DNA of 64,000 nt from Dehalococcoidales bacterium (lineage in GTDB: Bacteria; Chloroflexota; Dehalococcoidia; Dehalococcoidales; RBG-16-60-22): the NCBI GenBank assembly GCA_034409565.1, contig DAOUMS010000015.1:23227-87226 (forward strand), given 5' to 3'. How positions within the stretch are numbered: the stretch's first letter is position 1; each line of letters starts with the position of its first letter. Under the pieces are notes generated by a model. The model saw nothing but the letters and a program-made list of their open reading frames with translations. It searched no databases and was not told the DNA's origin. A program made the position numbers and the translations under genes. This document shows positions 63,881 through 64,000 of this stretch, one piece after another.

Positions 63881-64000
63881 TTATCGCCGAGCCCGGCGAC
63901 ACCGCTCGCAGTAACCAGTAATGCGTATCTCCACTTCCGTAATATCACAGCCTTTCATTTCCGGCACTTCTTTCTTTAGATAGCGAGACAATGGATAGCT
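63881..64000 (-). CDS. fur: C-terminal end of a Fur-family regulator (partial; not in the ORF track)
   Basis: Minus-strand frame reads ...EMKGCDITEVEIRITGYCERCRRARR*, matching the Fur C-terminal GxCxxC. Directly upstream of feoAB. Confidence 0.65.
   Translation of the reverse strand, partial: SYPLSRYLKKEVPEMKGCDITEVEIRITGYCERCRRARR

Noticed and set aside
1-64000. CRISPR arrays, tRNA/rRNA genes, reductive dehalogenase genes
   Set aside because: No regularly spaced repeats, no T-loop/cloverleaf or rRNA-like tracts, and no RdhA/RdhB motifs were seen. tRNAscan/Infernal were not run.

Overview
A chromosomal, mostly metabolic 64 kb window of roughly 55-65% GC. Gene content and style suggest an anaerobic Chloroflexota bacterium, probably Dehalococcoidia (inference). 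In order, it holds: the 3' half of a Mo/W formate dehydrogenase catalytic gene; an MFS transporter; an 8x CARDB surface protein; a ~19 kb cluster of redox, aldolase and ThDP enzymes (three tandem SDRs, an E1 alpha/beta pair without E2/E3, an active-site-divergent split transketolase, LsrF, an ApnO-like oxidoisomerase, two tandem unknown paralogs); an HpnJ-like B12 radical SAM enzyme plus GT2; queA; a five-gene Fe-S/NuoE/NuoF-metV-metF operon; surE-acpS-MFS; glyQS-sbcD; a vWA surface protein behind a terminator-containing leader; rubrerythrin; hpt-ade-PRT; yceD-rpmF-fabD-fabG; acd-etfB-etfA; plsC-ispH; and fur(partial)-feoA-feoB. The strongest novelty candidate is an AT-rich two-gene insert at 60179-61697, with its own consensus promoter, pairing a Ser1 proteasome-beta-like Ntn hydrolase with an Rx4H HEPN-type RNase. 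It may be an undescribed protease/HEPN defence or toxin module. Two small ORFs missing from the supplied track (21 aa and 26 aa) have strong RBSs. I found no rRNA, tRNA, CRISPR array, transposase or integrase by eye. All family assignments come from motif recognition, not database searches.
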